Shown here one piece after another: positions 31,515 to 45,518 of a stretch of 64,000 nucleotides of DNA; the first letter of the stretch is position 1; each line of letters starts with the position of its first letter. Location: NCBI RefSeq assembly GCF_009914755.1, contig NC_060925.1. One strand, given 5' to 3'. Origin of the DNA: the human T2T-CHM13v2.0 reference genome, Homo sapiens. Under the pieces are notes generated by a model. It had not been told where the DNA came from and did no database searches. It saw only the letters and a program-made list of their open reading frames with translations. The translations under genes and the position numbers were made by a program.

Positions 31515-34331
31515 CTGTAATCAGAATGCGCATTTATTGAGTTATACTGAAAAAACAAAAGAATTTAGTATCCCATTTAATCAGACCTCTATATTCACTG
31601 GTAACTATGATAGCCACATGCAAATACAGTCAAGTATATTAATGTAATCCAAAGTGCTACCATGCATTCAAAAAGTCAGAAAATTATTCATCGCAAAACA
31701 GAATTAAGAACTGCACATAGCAACTGATTTTTAAAAAGAGTTTGCATCGTCCTCCTTCCCTTTACCTATATTTACTGAGCTCTTACTATGTGCCTGGCAT
31801 TTATTTTCAAATGAAGATGAACTGCCAATGATTTAAAATACTAAAGAAAACAGGACAAGGCTTCCCTGGCAATCCATTTACTAAAATTCATTAACATGCA
31901 AAATATCCATTCACCTACATGTAATATATATAATGAATATTGGTTCATTTTGCCTTTATGGTTCTGATTACAATAAAGACTAGACTGACAACCCACACCC
32001 ACCACCACAACCAAAAGTTAATTTTTTCAAGTCAATGAGTTTGGTGACAAAGTACAACTTTAAGATTCTACTACAAGGTTTTCCGTAATGTCCTAGTCCC
32101 AATGATAAAACTGATCCCACTGATTACTTGTACTGAGCATGTATAATCCAAGTAAGTTTTAAAGCTTAATTTACAGATAAATTTAAACTCAAAAGTCGGG
32201 TTTTCAGGTGGTAATTTTTGGTGGACCATTTGCACAGGTCACTCTCTTCTCGATTTCCTAATAAACAGTCTATCTTATGGTTGTATTTCCTAGTGGTAAA
32301 AACAATCCCTTTTTATTTCCCCCAAATGCCAAAGTGGCTCACCTGAGAATAACCAGAAAAGGAGAGTATGCTTTGGAGCCCAGAAATAAAAACTTGTAGT
32401 TGCAGTACCTTCCTTGTCATTCTATCTATCAAATGAGAGTTTTGCTATTAGGAGCGGTAGACCAACACAGGTGATAATGGGGAAATATTTCAATGTCTTC
32501 CCACTTGTTACTCTGTATCAAACACAGCTTTTAGATTTCCACCAAACCAAGAATATCCAATCAGGCTGCTAGACGTTTCTTTTCTTCTAGATTCTCTTCT
32601 TTCTCTATCTTGTTTGCATTTAAATTCTGTACTTGGATTCGATCCAAACTTGGAAAACAGTTTGCTCACTTTTATACTGAGCTATCCCAAAGGAACACTG
32701 TTAAATGTTTTGCATTGTGTTAATATTTATGTTTAAGGCACCTATTTATGAATGAATGCTTCTCAAAAGCAAGGACTGTGCAACAAAAGCTACCTACCAA
32801 GTCAAAGCAAAACTTCTGTATCATCAAGACTTAATAGTTTAAAGGTTCTAAGAGAAATCTTTTTAAGGTATTTTCTAAATGAAATGTTAAATATTGCATT
32901 AGGTCTCAGGTCTTCAACCCTGAGACCAAATATTCTTTCAGAACTAACCTTTTCTGATTTCATTACTATCTGCAAGGTTATTTTCAAAAATCTATAGTGG
33001 TATTTAAAAAATTGATTTATGTAACTTTTTACTTGTTAGAGCTAATTTTTTTTTACCATAATCCATATAAAGAATGCATCCTATATCACATAAAAATAAA
33101 ACATCAATTACATAAATTAGCACTTCAGCCTTACTATATGATGTACCCACGGATGTTATCTATTCTGCCTTATTTCATTGCAGGCTATACTGTCTACCCA
33201 GTAATGCAAACTCAGCATGAAAAACACAGAAGGTAAATATTCAAAACTCAACTGGCTCTCTTACATCTGAGTTAACACTGGCTTTAAAAAATGCTCATAA
33301 TACTTCTTTAAGGGCCTCAGGCCATTAATCAAAGGCCTTTCAACTTCTATTATTGCTCCCCGCAACCTCAGAGCCATTAAATTACAAAAAGACCAAGAAA
33401 AGGGGACTTGCAGAAAAAAAAATCCGAACTATTGGTAGAAAAAAAGAATGTCGGTAATAACGACTTTCATTTAAAATATCTTCTTTCCATTTAAAATACC
33501 ATCTTACCAGAGTAAATAAAGGGAAACAACCTAACTAAATTTAGTCCAAAAAAAGAAAAATCCTTTCAAGGTTTAACATATGTCCATTACTACACTCTGT
33601 ACTTCTGGCCTCAGTTGTTTGTATGACCTTATCTCAAGTATCTTTTTCTTAGCATCAAAAATTCAGAGTCTTGTAATGATTATTTATAATCATTATAAAT
33701 ACTTTAAACAATGTAATTTTGTCTTTGATAAAACAATCAAAAATTTCCAAAGATCCTGGGCATATTAAGGACAAAGAATCAATACATGAAGAGACATACT
33801 CTGTTCTCTGTGGTACATAATTATGAACACTTTTCAACTAACCAATGCTCGTAAGTAAATACTTGCAATCACAATTTCATCTTGGATACAAAACTTCAAC
33901 TTAACACCACAGGTAAGATGTAAACGTGCTGCATCTGAAGCAACACAAGACATTTTAGTAGGCACTGTTCAACAGAAGAAAGCTTCAATGAGCTACCCAA
34001 GATTAATCTGTAATTAAGTATAAAAACAACCCTCATTTAGAGGTCTACTAACAAGCAGGTAACAAGGAAAGTAAGTTAATAGTTTGCTCATGAGACAAAC
34101 TTCACTCCTGTCCACTAAGCAGTCTGAAATTATTGAACAAAAATTTTAAGTATACTACTACCTGATGTAAAATTTCCTAAAATTACTGCTGCCCAAAGTA
34201 TAATAAAAAGCAAACATTAAAATATTCATTTAATAATTTAAAAGTCTATAAAATGTTAAAGATAATTAAAAATTACAATTGTAACTATCATCTAACATTG
34301 TGTCTCTAAGAATGATTTAATAAACTCTTAC

Positions 34332-34439
34332 CTAGAAATTTTTTGTGATGCTTTTGAAATTGGTGTTCCAAAAAATGCCTCAGGCAGCTCTGGAGCTGGG
34401 AGCGAATACACTATAGGAGATGGTTCTTCTATTTTAGAA
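34332..34439 (-). CDS. AHCTF1: ELYS coding exon, [36 protein letters not shown]
   Basis: TTTTCATAG| acceptor, |GTAAG donor, 108 nt. Confidence 0.93.
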
Positions 34440-34748
34440 CTATGAAAATAAAAATTTAACTTCTGATGTATCACAAGGAGCACTGATAACAAGTGGATGA
34501 GATGGGAGAACAGAGGGTTTTCATTCGTTTTACTTTGTACAGTTCTGCATTGCTTACAAATAATAATGAACATTTCACTTTTAAAGGTTTTTAAAAATTC
34601 TTCTCAGAAACATAGCCAACATAAAGAGTTTTTCTTTTTTACATACACTAATAAACTTAGGCAAAGAGAGTGGATTGTTGATGAACGCTGTTGATGTCCA
34701 GTAAAGATTAACAAGCAGCATGACTATGAAACGTGTAAGAAAACATAC

Positions 34749-34899
34749 CTATTGAAAGGTGTGGTGCTATTTATAGGTTCTTTGCTTGCCCAAACTTCTC
34801 CAATTTTAGATAACACATTGTTGATGAAAACAGATCTTGTCAACACAGTTCCTGTTACAACTTGCTTTGGAACTGCTGATAATGGTTTGGGTCTAGAAA
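34749..34899 (-). CDS. AHCTF1: ELYS coding exon, [11 protein letters not shown]...STTPFN
   Basis: TTTTACAG| acceptor, |GTATG donor, 151 nt. Confidence 0.93.
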
Positions 34900-34979
34900 C
34901 TGTAAAATGAAGAACGCTGGAATTAAGTGCATCTCTAACAAACGGGAATTTAATAAAAGCATATGAAAGAATGATTACA

Positions 34980-35008
34980 CCCCCCCCCCCCACACACACA
35001 CACACACA
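34980..35008. repeat. C12/(CA)9 microsatellite
   Basis: directly visible. Confidence 0.9.
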
Positions 35009-35052
35009 TTACGTGGTAATAGTAGCTAAAAATTTTAATTATATATATATAA

Positions 35053-35639
<587 letters not shown>

Positions 35640-35878
35640 TACATTTTGTTTCATTATAGCTATGCTGGATTTAGGAAGTTGGGCTTTTGGTAAGTGGTAA
35701 AAAAAAAAAAAAAAAAGTTATTCTTTGTGTTTTCTAGAAGTTGGACATGTGCCTTCAACTGAAATAGGAGTTCTTTCATTATGCATACACTAGTAAATAA
35801 ACAGTCAAATCTTCTAAGAAAGGCTTACATTTCTTGGGTTACAGAGCAGCCAATAAAAAAGTACCACGTGATGAATGA

Positions 35879-36227
<349 letters not shown>

Positions 36228-37226
36228 GTGTGTTTTGTTTTTTTAAACAAATTGAAGGTCTGTGGCAACCCTGTGTCCAGCAAGTCTACTGGCACCATTT
36301 TTCCAACAGCGTGTACTTACTCCACTGACTAACTGTTCCCCCGCGTCTCTCCCTTTCCCCGAGGACCTCCCTTATTCCTTGAGACTGACAATATCCAAAG
36401 CCAACTAATAACCCTACAAAGACCTCAAGTGTTCATGTGAAAGGAGGAGTCACATGTCTAGGACTTTAAATCAAAAGCTAGACCTCTTATGCCAGTTAGC
36501 CAAGTTGTAAATGCAAAAAAGAACCTGAAGGAAATTAAAAGTGCTACGTCAGTGAACACATGAATGGAGAAGTCAATGCCTGGCTTCAAAGGACAGGGTG
36601 ACTCTGCTGTTAGTGGTTAATGTAGCTGATGACTTTAAATTAAAGGCAATCACCATTCCAAAAATCCTAAGGCCCTTAAAAATGATGGGAAATCTACTAT
36701 GCCTGTCTTCTATCAATGGAAAAAGCCTAGATGAAAACACATCTGTTGACAGCATGGTTTACCGAATATTTTAAGCCTACTGTTGAGAACTGTTCAGAAA
36801 AAAAAAAAAGTCTTTTCAAATATTACTGCTCACTGATAATGCCCCTGGTCACCCAGGAGCTCTGATGATGTACAGGGAGACGAATGCTGTTAGCAGGCAT
36901 GAAAACACGACATCCATTCTGTAACCCTGGATCACAGTAATCGCAATTTTCAAGATATAATTTAGAAATACATTTCATAAAGCTATAGCTGTCACAGATA
37001 GTGATTCCTCTGAGAGATCCGAACAAAGTCCTTTGAAAACCTTCTGGAAAGGATTCACCATTCTAGATGCCATTCAGCACATTCATAATTCCTGGGAGGA
37101 GTCAAACTATGCACATTAAAAGGAGTTTGTAAGAAGGTGATTCCATCTTTCATGAATAACTTTGAGGGCTTCAAGACTTCAGTGGAGAAAACAACTGCAG
37201 ATATGGGGGAAAGAGCAAGAGAACTA

Positions 37227-37521
<295 letters not shown>

Positions 37522-37699
37522 CAGACTAAAGATGTGATGAATTGCTGTAATCTCATGATAAAACATGAATAAATGAGGAATTGCTTCTTACAGATAGGCA
37601 AACAAGTGGTTTCTTGAGACAGAATCTACAGTGTTGAAATGATAAAGTGTAAACAGATAGAGGGTCTCCAGGGATTATAGGAATTTTACATTTAAAAGA

Positions 37700-40230
37700 G
37701 AAAAGTATAATATGTAAGCAATATTTTAATTACTAGCTCCTCTAAAGAGGAATCTAGTATAAATACTGTACCCTAAACTTTCTAGCTAAAAGAGGGTATA
37801 AAACCTCAAAAAAAAAAAAAAAAGCCCTAGGCTATTTAATTTCTCAGGGACAGGGGTGTCCTTCCCAGGACAGGAAAATGGCTGTGTATCAAATACCTCC
37901 TCCTCAGAACCAAAAATTCTTGAAAATGGCCGGATTCTGTCACATATAAATTCCCAATTCGGGTATTTTAACAAAGCCTTTTTATAAAAAGCTACAAGAG
38001 CTGGAGTCAGACCCTTTTAAAGAAGACAAACAATACAACTGAGCCTTCGAAAAACTAAAAACAACCAAGCAAACAAAAAGTGACTGCGCTCCCACTGTAG
38101 CCTTGCTTAAGTTGCCAAACCTTTTGACTTATCTGTCTCATAAAAGGCAGGGAACAGCTAGCCAGGGGAGCACTTACCCAAATGCTAGGACCACTAAAAA
38201 AGGTGGTGGCTCATTTTTTTCTAACCAACTTGACATGGTGGCCACCAAAAGGCCCCCATGTCTTAGGACAGTGGTTACTACTTGCCTATTAGTGAGAAAA
38301 GCTTAAAAACAAACCATGACTCAGACATTAATGGTCTAGGTCCTCAGTTATCCAGAGTGCTAAAAACAGAGACACCACTCGCTTACTGATGGGAGGATGT
38401 TACAATAAAAAGTTAAATTAAGAGGCAGCCACATCAAGGTGTGCCAGATCCTTACTTAACCCTGCCATGTTTCTTTCCACCTCCCAGGAACTGCTCCCAC
38501 ACAAATACTCAACCACTACTGATAAAATGTATTCTAGTCAAAAGGACCTAAAAAACAAACCCTTTCAGAACTCTCAAGTTAACAAAGCCTTTCTTCGTAA
38601 ATCAGAGTAACATCACAGAAAGGGGCCCAGAAAAACAAGGTATACAGTGCTGTCCTCACTTGGAGTTAAAGAGGCTAACAGCCTACCTCTGTGAACCCTG
38701 ACTAGATGAGCCTCATCTTCAGGACAGGCTAAGGCCATCATGTCTCCACAGACTCTAAGTATGCTTTCTCTGTAATCCATGCCTACAGTGCATTTTTTTT
38801 TGAGGCCTCCTGACTGCAGACTATAAGGAGGTTAATAATATTAAAAACATTACAGCTATTAGAGGCAGCAGTATAGCTACCTAAAAGGGTAGCAGTGGCC
38901 TACTGCCAGGGTCACAAAAAAATAAAAAATAAAAATTTGAGGTTATTAAAAAATAATAATAACCTAAAGACACAGCTACTAAAAAGACAACACAAACATG
39001 TGAACTTTACAAATGACCCTGATCCCAGACATCCTACTCCACAAGTCCCAGCCTCAGTGTTCACCTCAGGAGTTAAAGCCAAACGCAAAGGGTATTTTCC
39101 ACACTTAGATTCAGAAAGATGAACTATTAATGACAAAAAAAAAAAAAAAAAAAAGAACCTAGATTCCCAAAAACCTAGGGTGGTCTCTAACTAAATATGG
39201 TCATAGATCATCACATTATGGTAAATAACAAAACAAAACAAACCTTACGCAATTAGTTACTAAAGATACCTGATCTAAAAGATAAAACAGATCAAGGATC
39301 TAACAGGTGTCTCCAATTTGTACAAAATAATACTCAGATCGGGCTCCCTTGTGACTCCACTAACCCAAGCTGTCCAGCTGGGGTGGCACGCCAGGAAAAG
39401 ACTGACAAGAAGACTTTACAGTGATGCCCCAGGACCCAAAAACTTCAGGTACCTACTAGTGTAGACACCTTTACTGGCTAAATAAAAGGTATACACCCTT
39501 GTCACACACAAAAAGACAAATGAGGTGGTCAGAGCTTTACTCAAAGACATCATCTTGAGGTTCTGGCTTACTCCAACCAATCCAGAGTGACAACAGAACT
39601 GCCTTCATTTACAAAGTTACTTAGGGGGTGTCCTCTGCCTTGGAAATTAAATAGAGGAGGTTACACATAACTTAAGAAACCTCATTCATCTAAAAAGGTC
39701 AAGCATAGTAATAAAACATAAGGATCACGCTAGCCAAACTATGCCAGGAAACTCAAAAACTGACTAAAGCTCCTTCCCATCGCACTATCATGGGTGCTGA
39801 AAGGGAATGGGACTTGGCCCTTTCCAATCACTATATAGAAGAGCTTGCTTGGCATGATTGAACCTTCGAAGTGTGCTGCTGTCGAGACCAAGAGGGCAGT
39901 AAAACATGCTGTAGATTTTTAAAAATACAAACTCTTAAAACATGTGAAACCACAAACTTCTAGTTCCCACTGAGGTTAAGCTTCACCCATATTAACCTAG
40001 AGACCGGGTTCACCTTAAGACTCAAAAATCCAAATCGCCTCCAGACCAACTAAACTGTTTGGACCATGTATTATTAAGCACTCACTCTTCTCCTAAGTTT
40101 CAGGGGCTCAGACCCTAAAAGCCATCATTCCTGAGTGAATCCTGCACCAGAGCCCTCAGATCAGGCGCTACTAGGTTCGACTTATTCCTATAAGCCAGTC
40201 TCTGATCTCAAGCTTCTCTTCTGGGGAAGG
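37700..40230 (+). pseudogene. degenerate ERV pol (RT C-half, RNase H, integrase)
   Basis: translated remnants NFLAKRGYK, FLKMAGFCHI*IPN, NQLDMVA..PPCLR, TDSKYAF, AYCQGHK, D*QEDFT, IQSDNRTAF; many stops and frameshifts. Confidence 0.85.
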
Positions 40231-40249
40231 GATATTACATGTTAAGTAA

Positions 40250-41960
40250 ATGTGCCCTTGCCATACTCTTGATATATTCAAACTTTCTCCCTTATAGAAC
40301 TCTCTATACTCATTACTCTTCTGTAAAAGAAAAAAATCTTAACCGGTGATAAATCACCATATAAAAAAATAGACTCTTTCTCCCTGTGCTGTTTAGTCCC
40401 TTTTATTACTGTGGCTGATGGTCTCTGGAAAGACAATTCACTAGTCAATTTCTCCTGCATCACAGCAAAGGGAAAGAATCCGTCCCAATACTAAATATAC
40501 TAGAGACAATACACTAGTCAATTTCTCCTGCATCATAGCGAAGGGAAAGAATCCGTCCCAATACTAAATGTACTAGAGACAATACACTAGTCAATTTCTC
40601 CTGCATCACAGTGAAGGGAAAGAATCCGTCCCAATAATAAATATACTAGAGACAATACACTAGTCAATTTCTCCTGCATCATAGCAAAGGGAAAGAATCT
40701 GTCCCAATACTAAATATACTAGAGACAATACACTAAGTCGATTTCTCTTGCATCACAGCAAAGGGAAAGAATCTGTCCTATACTGAATATACTAGAGACA
40801 CCCACAAGCCTAGCCTGTCCAAGCCATGCAATTTGTGGTGACCCCAAACTTCACTTTCACCCCACAAAACTGGAGCAAGCTCCCCTTTCCTGCAGTTATC
40901 CCCTCCACAAAAACGTTCCCTGTGTCACCTTGACTAACACATGTATAGTAAATACTACTTACTGTATAAGTCCTACTAAACTATTCAACGATAGGTGAAA
41001 CATACATACAGGCACTAGGATATTCGTCCAACACAGACTTACTACGCTGACATAAGATCTGACCCAACAGGGAGGTACCCGCTTGCTGCTTCTGACACTG
41101 CCACCTGCCACCTCAATACAACTCACTCCTGTCCTGACACAATCACCATTAATATTTTATTATTAAAAATATTTAGTATTTTATAATCTTTTTTAATATT
41201 AGAGACAACCCACTAAATAAAACTCATGACAAAGGGTGCCAAACTCCAGTTTCTAGTATATACAAGTAGACATGCCAACAAATTACGATAAAATTTCAGC
41301 TGACTAAAGAGACTGAGACCATCTTTGAGGTGGGCCTCTGTCTCCCTTGCATAAAGATGACACCTAAAGCCAAATAACATTAACTATTAAATGTCTCTAT
41401 CTTCAGACAAATACGTGTCCCTCTGAGGCATGTATTCCTCTACATGCCAAGCAAACAAAAAGTGACTGCTGCTCCCACTGTAGCCTTGCTTAACTTGCTA
41501 AACCTTTTGACTTATCTGTCCCATAAAAGGAAGGGAACAGCTAGCTGGGGGAGCACTTACCCAAATGCTAGGACCACTAAAAAGGGTGGTGGCTCATTTT
41601 TCTAACCAACTTGACATGGTGGTCATGAAACGGCCACCCAAAAAAATATAAAACCCACTGCCAGGCTGCCTTGGATTCCTTCCCTTCACCCTGTTTAACA
41701 TTAACTTATCCCTACGTCTTGAACCTCTCAATAAAACTTGTATCTTCCAAATTAAAAAAAATTCAACTACAGCTGGTCTTACTACAATACCAGCCATTCC
41801 AACCTATCCTGAGAGATCCTGAAATATATTTAAATTTAGCATCTAAAAATTTTCACTCCTTTAACATCTCCAGACACATATCCCCGAACAACATTAAAAA
41901 GTTACAAAAAAACCTGACCTCCGGCTCTCAGCCCTCAAGAATGAGGAGTGACATACTTCT
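40250..41960 (+). pseudogene. degenerate, internally deleted ERV env
   Basis: position between pol and PPT; ORF 41671..42003 has a TM/cytoplasmic-tail-like segment VLNLSIKLVSSKLKKIQLQLVLLQYQP. Confidence 0.7.
40431..40800. repeat. 73-bp tandem repeat x5 within env
   Basis: ctagtcaatttctcctgcatc at 40441, 40514, 40587, 40660 and a variant at 40733. Confidence 0.95.
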
Positions 41961-41972
41961 AGGGGGAAAATT

Positions 41973-42518
41973 TGTAAACAGACAGAGTCTCCCAGGATTA
42001 TAGAAATTTAATCAACAATCAGCCTGTTTTACAGCCTCCTGCTATTTAGCCAGTTTCTTCCTAAACCCCATGTAAAATATTAGTCACCTACTTTGTTAAA
42101 ACCATCTCCTGACAGGCCAACAACTTATATTATAGATAAACCAGAATGAACTTTCTTTACCACCATACTGAAGTCTCCACCCCAGGAGGTGCTACGACTT
42201 CCTTACCATGACATGCGACCTATATACTGACATAGTAACTAAGTCTACACAACTGGGACCACTCCCTTACATACAATGACACAACCTCTCCCCTCTCCAT
42301 AAAACCCTCCTGTCACCTTCCCTCAGCTGGACACTCCCTTACATACAATGACACAACCTCTCCCCTCTCCATAAAACCCTCCTGTCACCTTCCCTCAGCT
42401 GGACACTGCTTTGGAGAATCCTCCCCGGTGTTGTCCTCCTTACTTAGAAGCCAAATAATAAAAAGTCCGATTGACCAAAACCTGCCTTCTTGTAGAGTAG
42501 TTTGTTACTCACTAGGCA
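41973..42518 (+). promoter_or_regulatory. ERV 3' LTR, apparently 3'-truncated, with a duplicated TATA-like region and AATAAA at 42457-42462
   Basis: starts TG after the PPT; 72-bp duplication 42261-42404 containing cataaaa. Confidence 0.8.
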
Positions 42519-43120
42519 TTTAGAAAATTACATAAACTTAAGATGACAGGGCAGAGGCAGGGTTTGAGAGGAGTGACTCATTTTGAAAGAAGTTCTATGG
42601 CTAAAATGCTATCAAATGGTATCACATGCTACAGAGAAACTCTAGTGGAAGGAAGAGTAAATTGACATGGCCAACTTCACTGTGTCATCGTAAGAAACTG
42701 TCACAGCCACCTCAACCTTCAGTAGTCACCATGCTGATCAGTCAGCAGCCATCAACATTGAGACAAGATCCTTTATTAGCAAAAGGATTACGACTCACAG
42801 AAGGCTCAGATGATCCTTAGCATTTTTTAGCAATATTGCATTTCAAAATTAAGGTATGTACACTGGTTTTAAGAATAATGCTACTGCACACTTAGAAGTA
42901 TAGTGTAAACATTATGCAATGGGAAACCAAAACTTCAGAGGACTAGCTTTCTCGTGATAGTCACTTCATTGCAGTGATCTGGAACCAAACCAGCAATATC
43001 TCCAAGTCATGCCTGTATGTGTTAGCGAAAGTAGCTACATTTAAGGTGGTTTCAGAAAAGTAATCATTCAGTATCTTTTTTGATCCAATAGATTATGATA
43101 TTCTTCAATGAAATTCTTAC

Positions 43121-43271
43121 CTAATCGAAAAACTGATGATGTTGACAGATGATAAGGCTTAGCTCGTTCAATGGCTAATTTTCGATGGACTCTAGGAAGG
43201 ATTTTTCCATACTGGTCTAATATAGAATTTCGAGCCAGTGATCTCTCCCGCAAACGAGGATCACGATCATT
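43121..43271 (-). CDS. AHCTF1: ELYS coding exon, [15 protein letters not shown]...SSVFRL
   Basis: AG/GT boundaries, 151 nt, ORF 43068..43253. Confidence 0.93.
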
Positions 43272-43679
43272 CTATTAAACATCAAAATTGGTAAAAAATT
43301 TAACCTTCAAAATGTTAGGTGCTGTAATTCTATATTTACCATTTAAAATAAAACTATGAATATCCAAAAAATCTTCCCCCTACCTACATATCCATTTTTC
43401 CAAACCAAGAACTTCATCCACATATCTAATTTTTTTATCAATCCTTACCCATCAATAAATTCCAAATCTCGCTACCAAGCCTTGATTCTTCACAATTAAT
43501 AAAAACAATGGTTATTAAGCATCCATGTGTCAGGCAACATTCTACTTCACACACATCTCTGTGCATCCTCAAAACAACCTCACAAGGAGATTTTATCATT
43601 TTACAGTTGATAAAAGCAAGACTCAGAGTGTGTCCCAAGCACACAGAGTAAATGAAGAATTAGTCTGACCCTTGAAGTC

Positions 43680-43787
43680 CAATGATCTTTGTACTATATA
43701 ACCCTTACTGCTGGCCTCTACGTCTTCCTTTACCACACAATGATCTTTGTACTATGTAACTCCTACTGCTGGCCTCTACATCTTCCT
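43680..43787. repeat. 58-bp period tandem duplication
   Basis: caatgatctttgtactat...tactgctggcctctac.tcttcct x2. Confidence 0.88.
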
Positions 43788-44033
43788 CTTGTTTTCCCTG
43801 AGTGAAATGGCAATATTGTAGGCAGACATCAGAACATAAATGGCATACGTAAAAGAATTACGTGGTAATACCCTGTTCCCAATTCTGTTACAGAGATGAA
43901 CTGAGGATTCTCCAAGTTCAAGGTAATGCTAGGCACAGTGGTTACCAAACTGTAAGCTCTTATATAACAACCAAAAAAGCCTCCAGTTTTCCTTATTCTC
44001 TTATCCCCCATAATAAGACAACTTTAATCGTAC

Positions 44034-44165
44034 CATAACATTAATCTTCAGAGTTTGGTTCAGCTTCAAGGCAGGCACATAATTGGCACGCTGCAAATGG
44101 TGCACTAAAAGGAATTCATGATTCTGAACGCTGGCACTGGACTGCAAAAATTTCACTAAACATTC
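44034..44165 (-). CDS. AHCTF1: ELYS coding exon, [10 protein letters not shown]...NQTLKINVM
   Basis: TTTTTAG| acceptor, |GTACG donor, 132 nt; preceded by a 76-nt intron (44166-44241). Confidence 0.92.
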
Positions 44166-44241
44166 CTAAAAAGAACAAAATAGATTGTAAACTACCAATT
44201 TATCTTGAATTTCTGACAAGTTTACATCGGTAAGTAATTAC

Positions 44242-44386
44242 CTGCTCAGTGTCTGTAAATGGTAACTTCAGTAAATCTTCCATCAAGCCCATTTCCTGAC
44301 AGACTTCATACATGTGCTTCAGTAACTCCTCTATATTCAACCTATTGCAATGTTGCCGCAAAAAATTCCAGGCTTCAACCATACAC
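44242..44386 (-). CDS. AHCTF1: ELYS coding exon, [12 protein letters not shown]...PFTDTEQ
   Basis: TTTCAG| acceptor, |GTAAT donor, 145 nt, ORF 44200..44406. Confidence 0.93.
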
Positions 44387-45147
44387 CTGAAAGCAGTATT
44401 TATCAAAGTTTAGTTTTAGAAAAAGCTATTTAAATGTACAAAACAAGAAATCTACATGTAGAATTTCAAAGATACTTTGTAAAGTATCTTTATAAATAAT
44501 TGAAAAGTACTTTAAAAATTTGTTGAATACTAAGTACTGCATAATAATCTTGCTAAGAATGTCAGTAAAATGACACGTTTAAAGAATTTTATGCTGCTTT
44601 TTAGATATAAAATAATAAAAAAGCAAAGTAGACAAAAATTCAAAGAAGACAAAAAACTAATGTGGCCTGGATAGAGCTGAATGGTTGGTGTGGTGTGACA
44701 GAGGAACATCAGGTTTTTAAGAAGTGACACTCAGTGGGAAGCGTGCGAAAGACTGAGATCTATAGATGGAAACAAGCACGCTGTGTCCATGAGGAAGGGA
44801 AGAGTAGAGCTTGGTAGTAGATGTTTTTTGGTTGATTTGCAGCAAGATCAGATTGGAGAACCTGAGTTAAATTTGGCAGTCTCAGACACCATGCAGAGGT
44901 GCTAAGATGTCCTTTGTGGGCCATAAGATCATTTAAATGAAGGAGTGTTTCTTACACAGAAGTCTTCCAGAATCAGGTAGGAGAATTTTTTTACTGTTAT
45001 TTATTTATTTTTATTTTTTTTAATGCCAGTGTTCAACTCATACCCCACCGACAGGATTATCTTGAAGGTTCACTTGAGCATATCTATAAAAATTATAATT
45101 AAATATAGGTCTTGACCCAATGATCCCAATGCAAAGAATACAGTCTA

Positions 45148-45518
<371 letters not shown>

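Larger units (their letters stand above)
37648..42518 (+). mobile_element. deleted class I (gammaretrovirus-like, ERV1) provirus: 5' LTR stub, pol remnant, env remnant, 3' LTR
   Basis: matching LTR starts tgtaaacaga(t/c)agag at 37648 and 41973; polypurine tract agggggaaaa before the 3' LTR; pol and env motifs. Confidence 0.88.

Noticed and set aside
32902-32927. Facing BsaI sites around a BbsI site, suggesting a cloning scar
   Set aside because: The two BsaI sites are just the arms of one natural inverted repeat; no vector sequence nearby
40431-40800. CRISPR-like periodicity (73 bp)
   Set aside because: The whole unit is repeated with no spacers; it is a plain tandem repeat
41671-42003. 110-aa env-like ORF as a possible co-opted syncytin-type gene
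   Set aside because: Only a TM-tail fragment with a TTG start; no intact SU, fusion peptide or signal peptide seen; upstream env is disrupted
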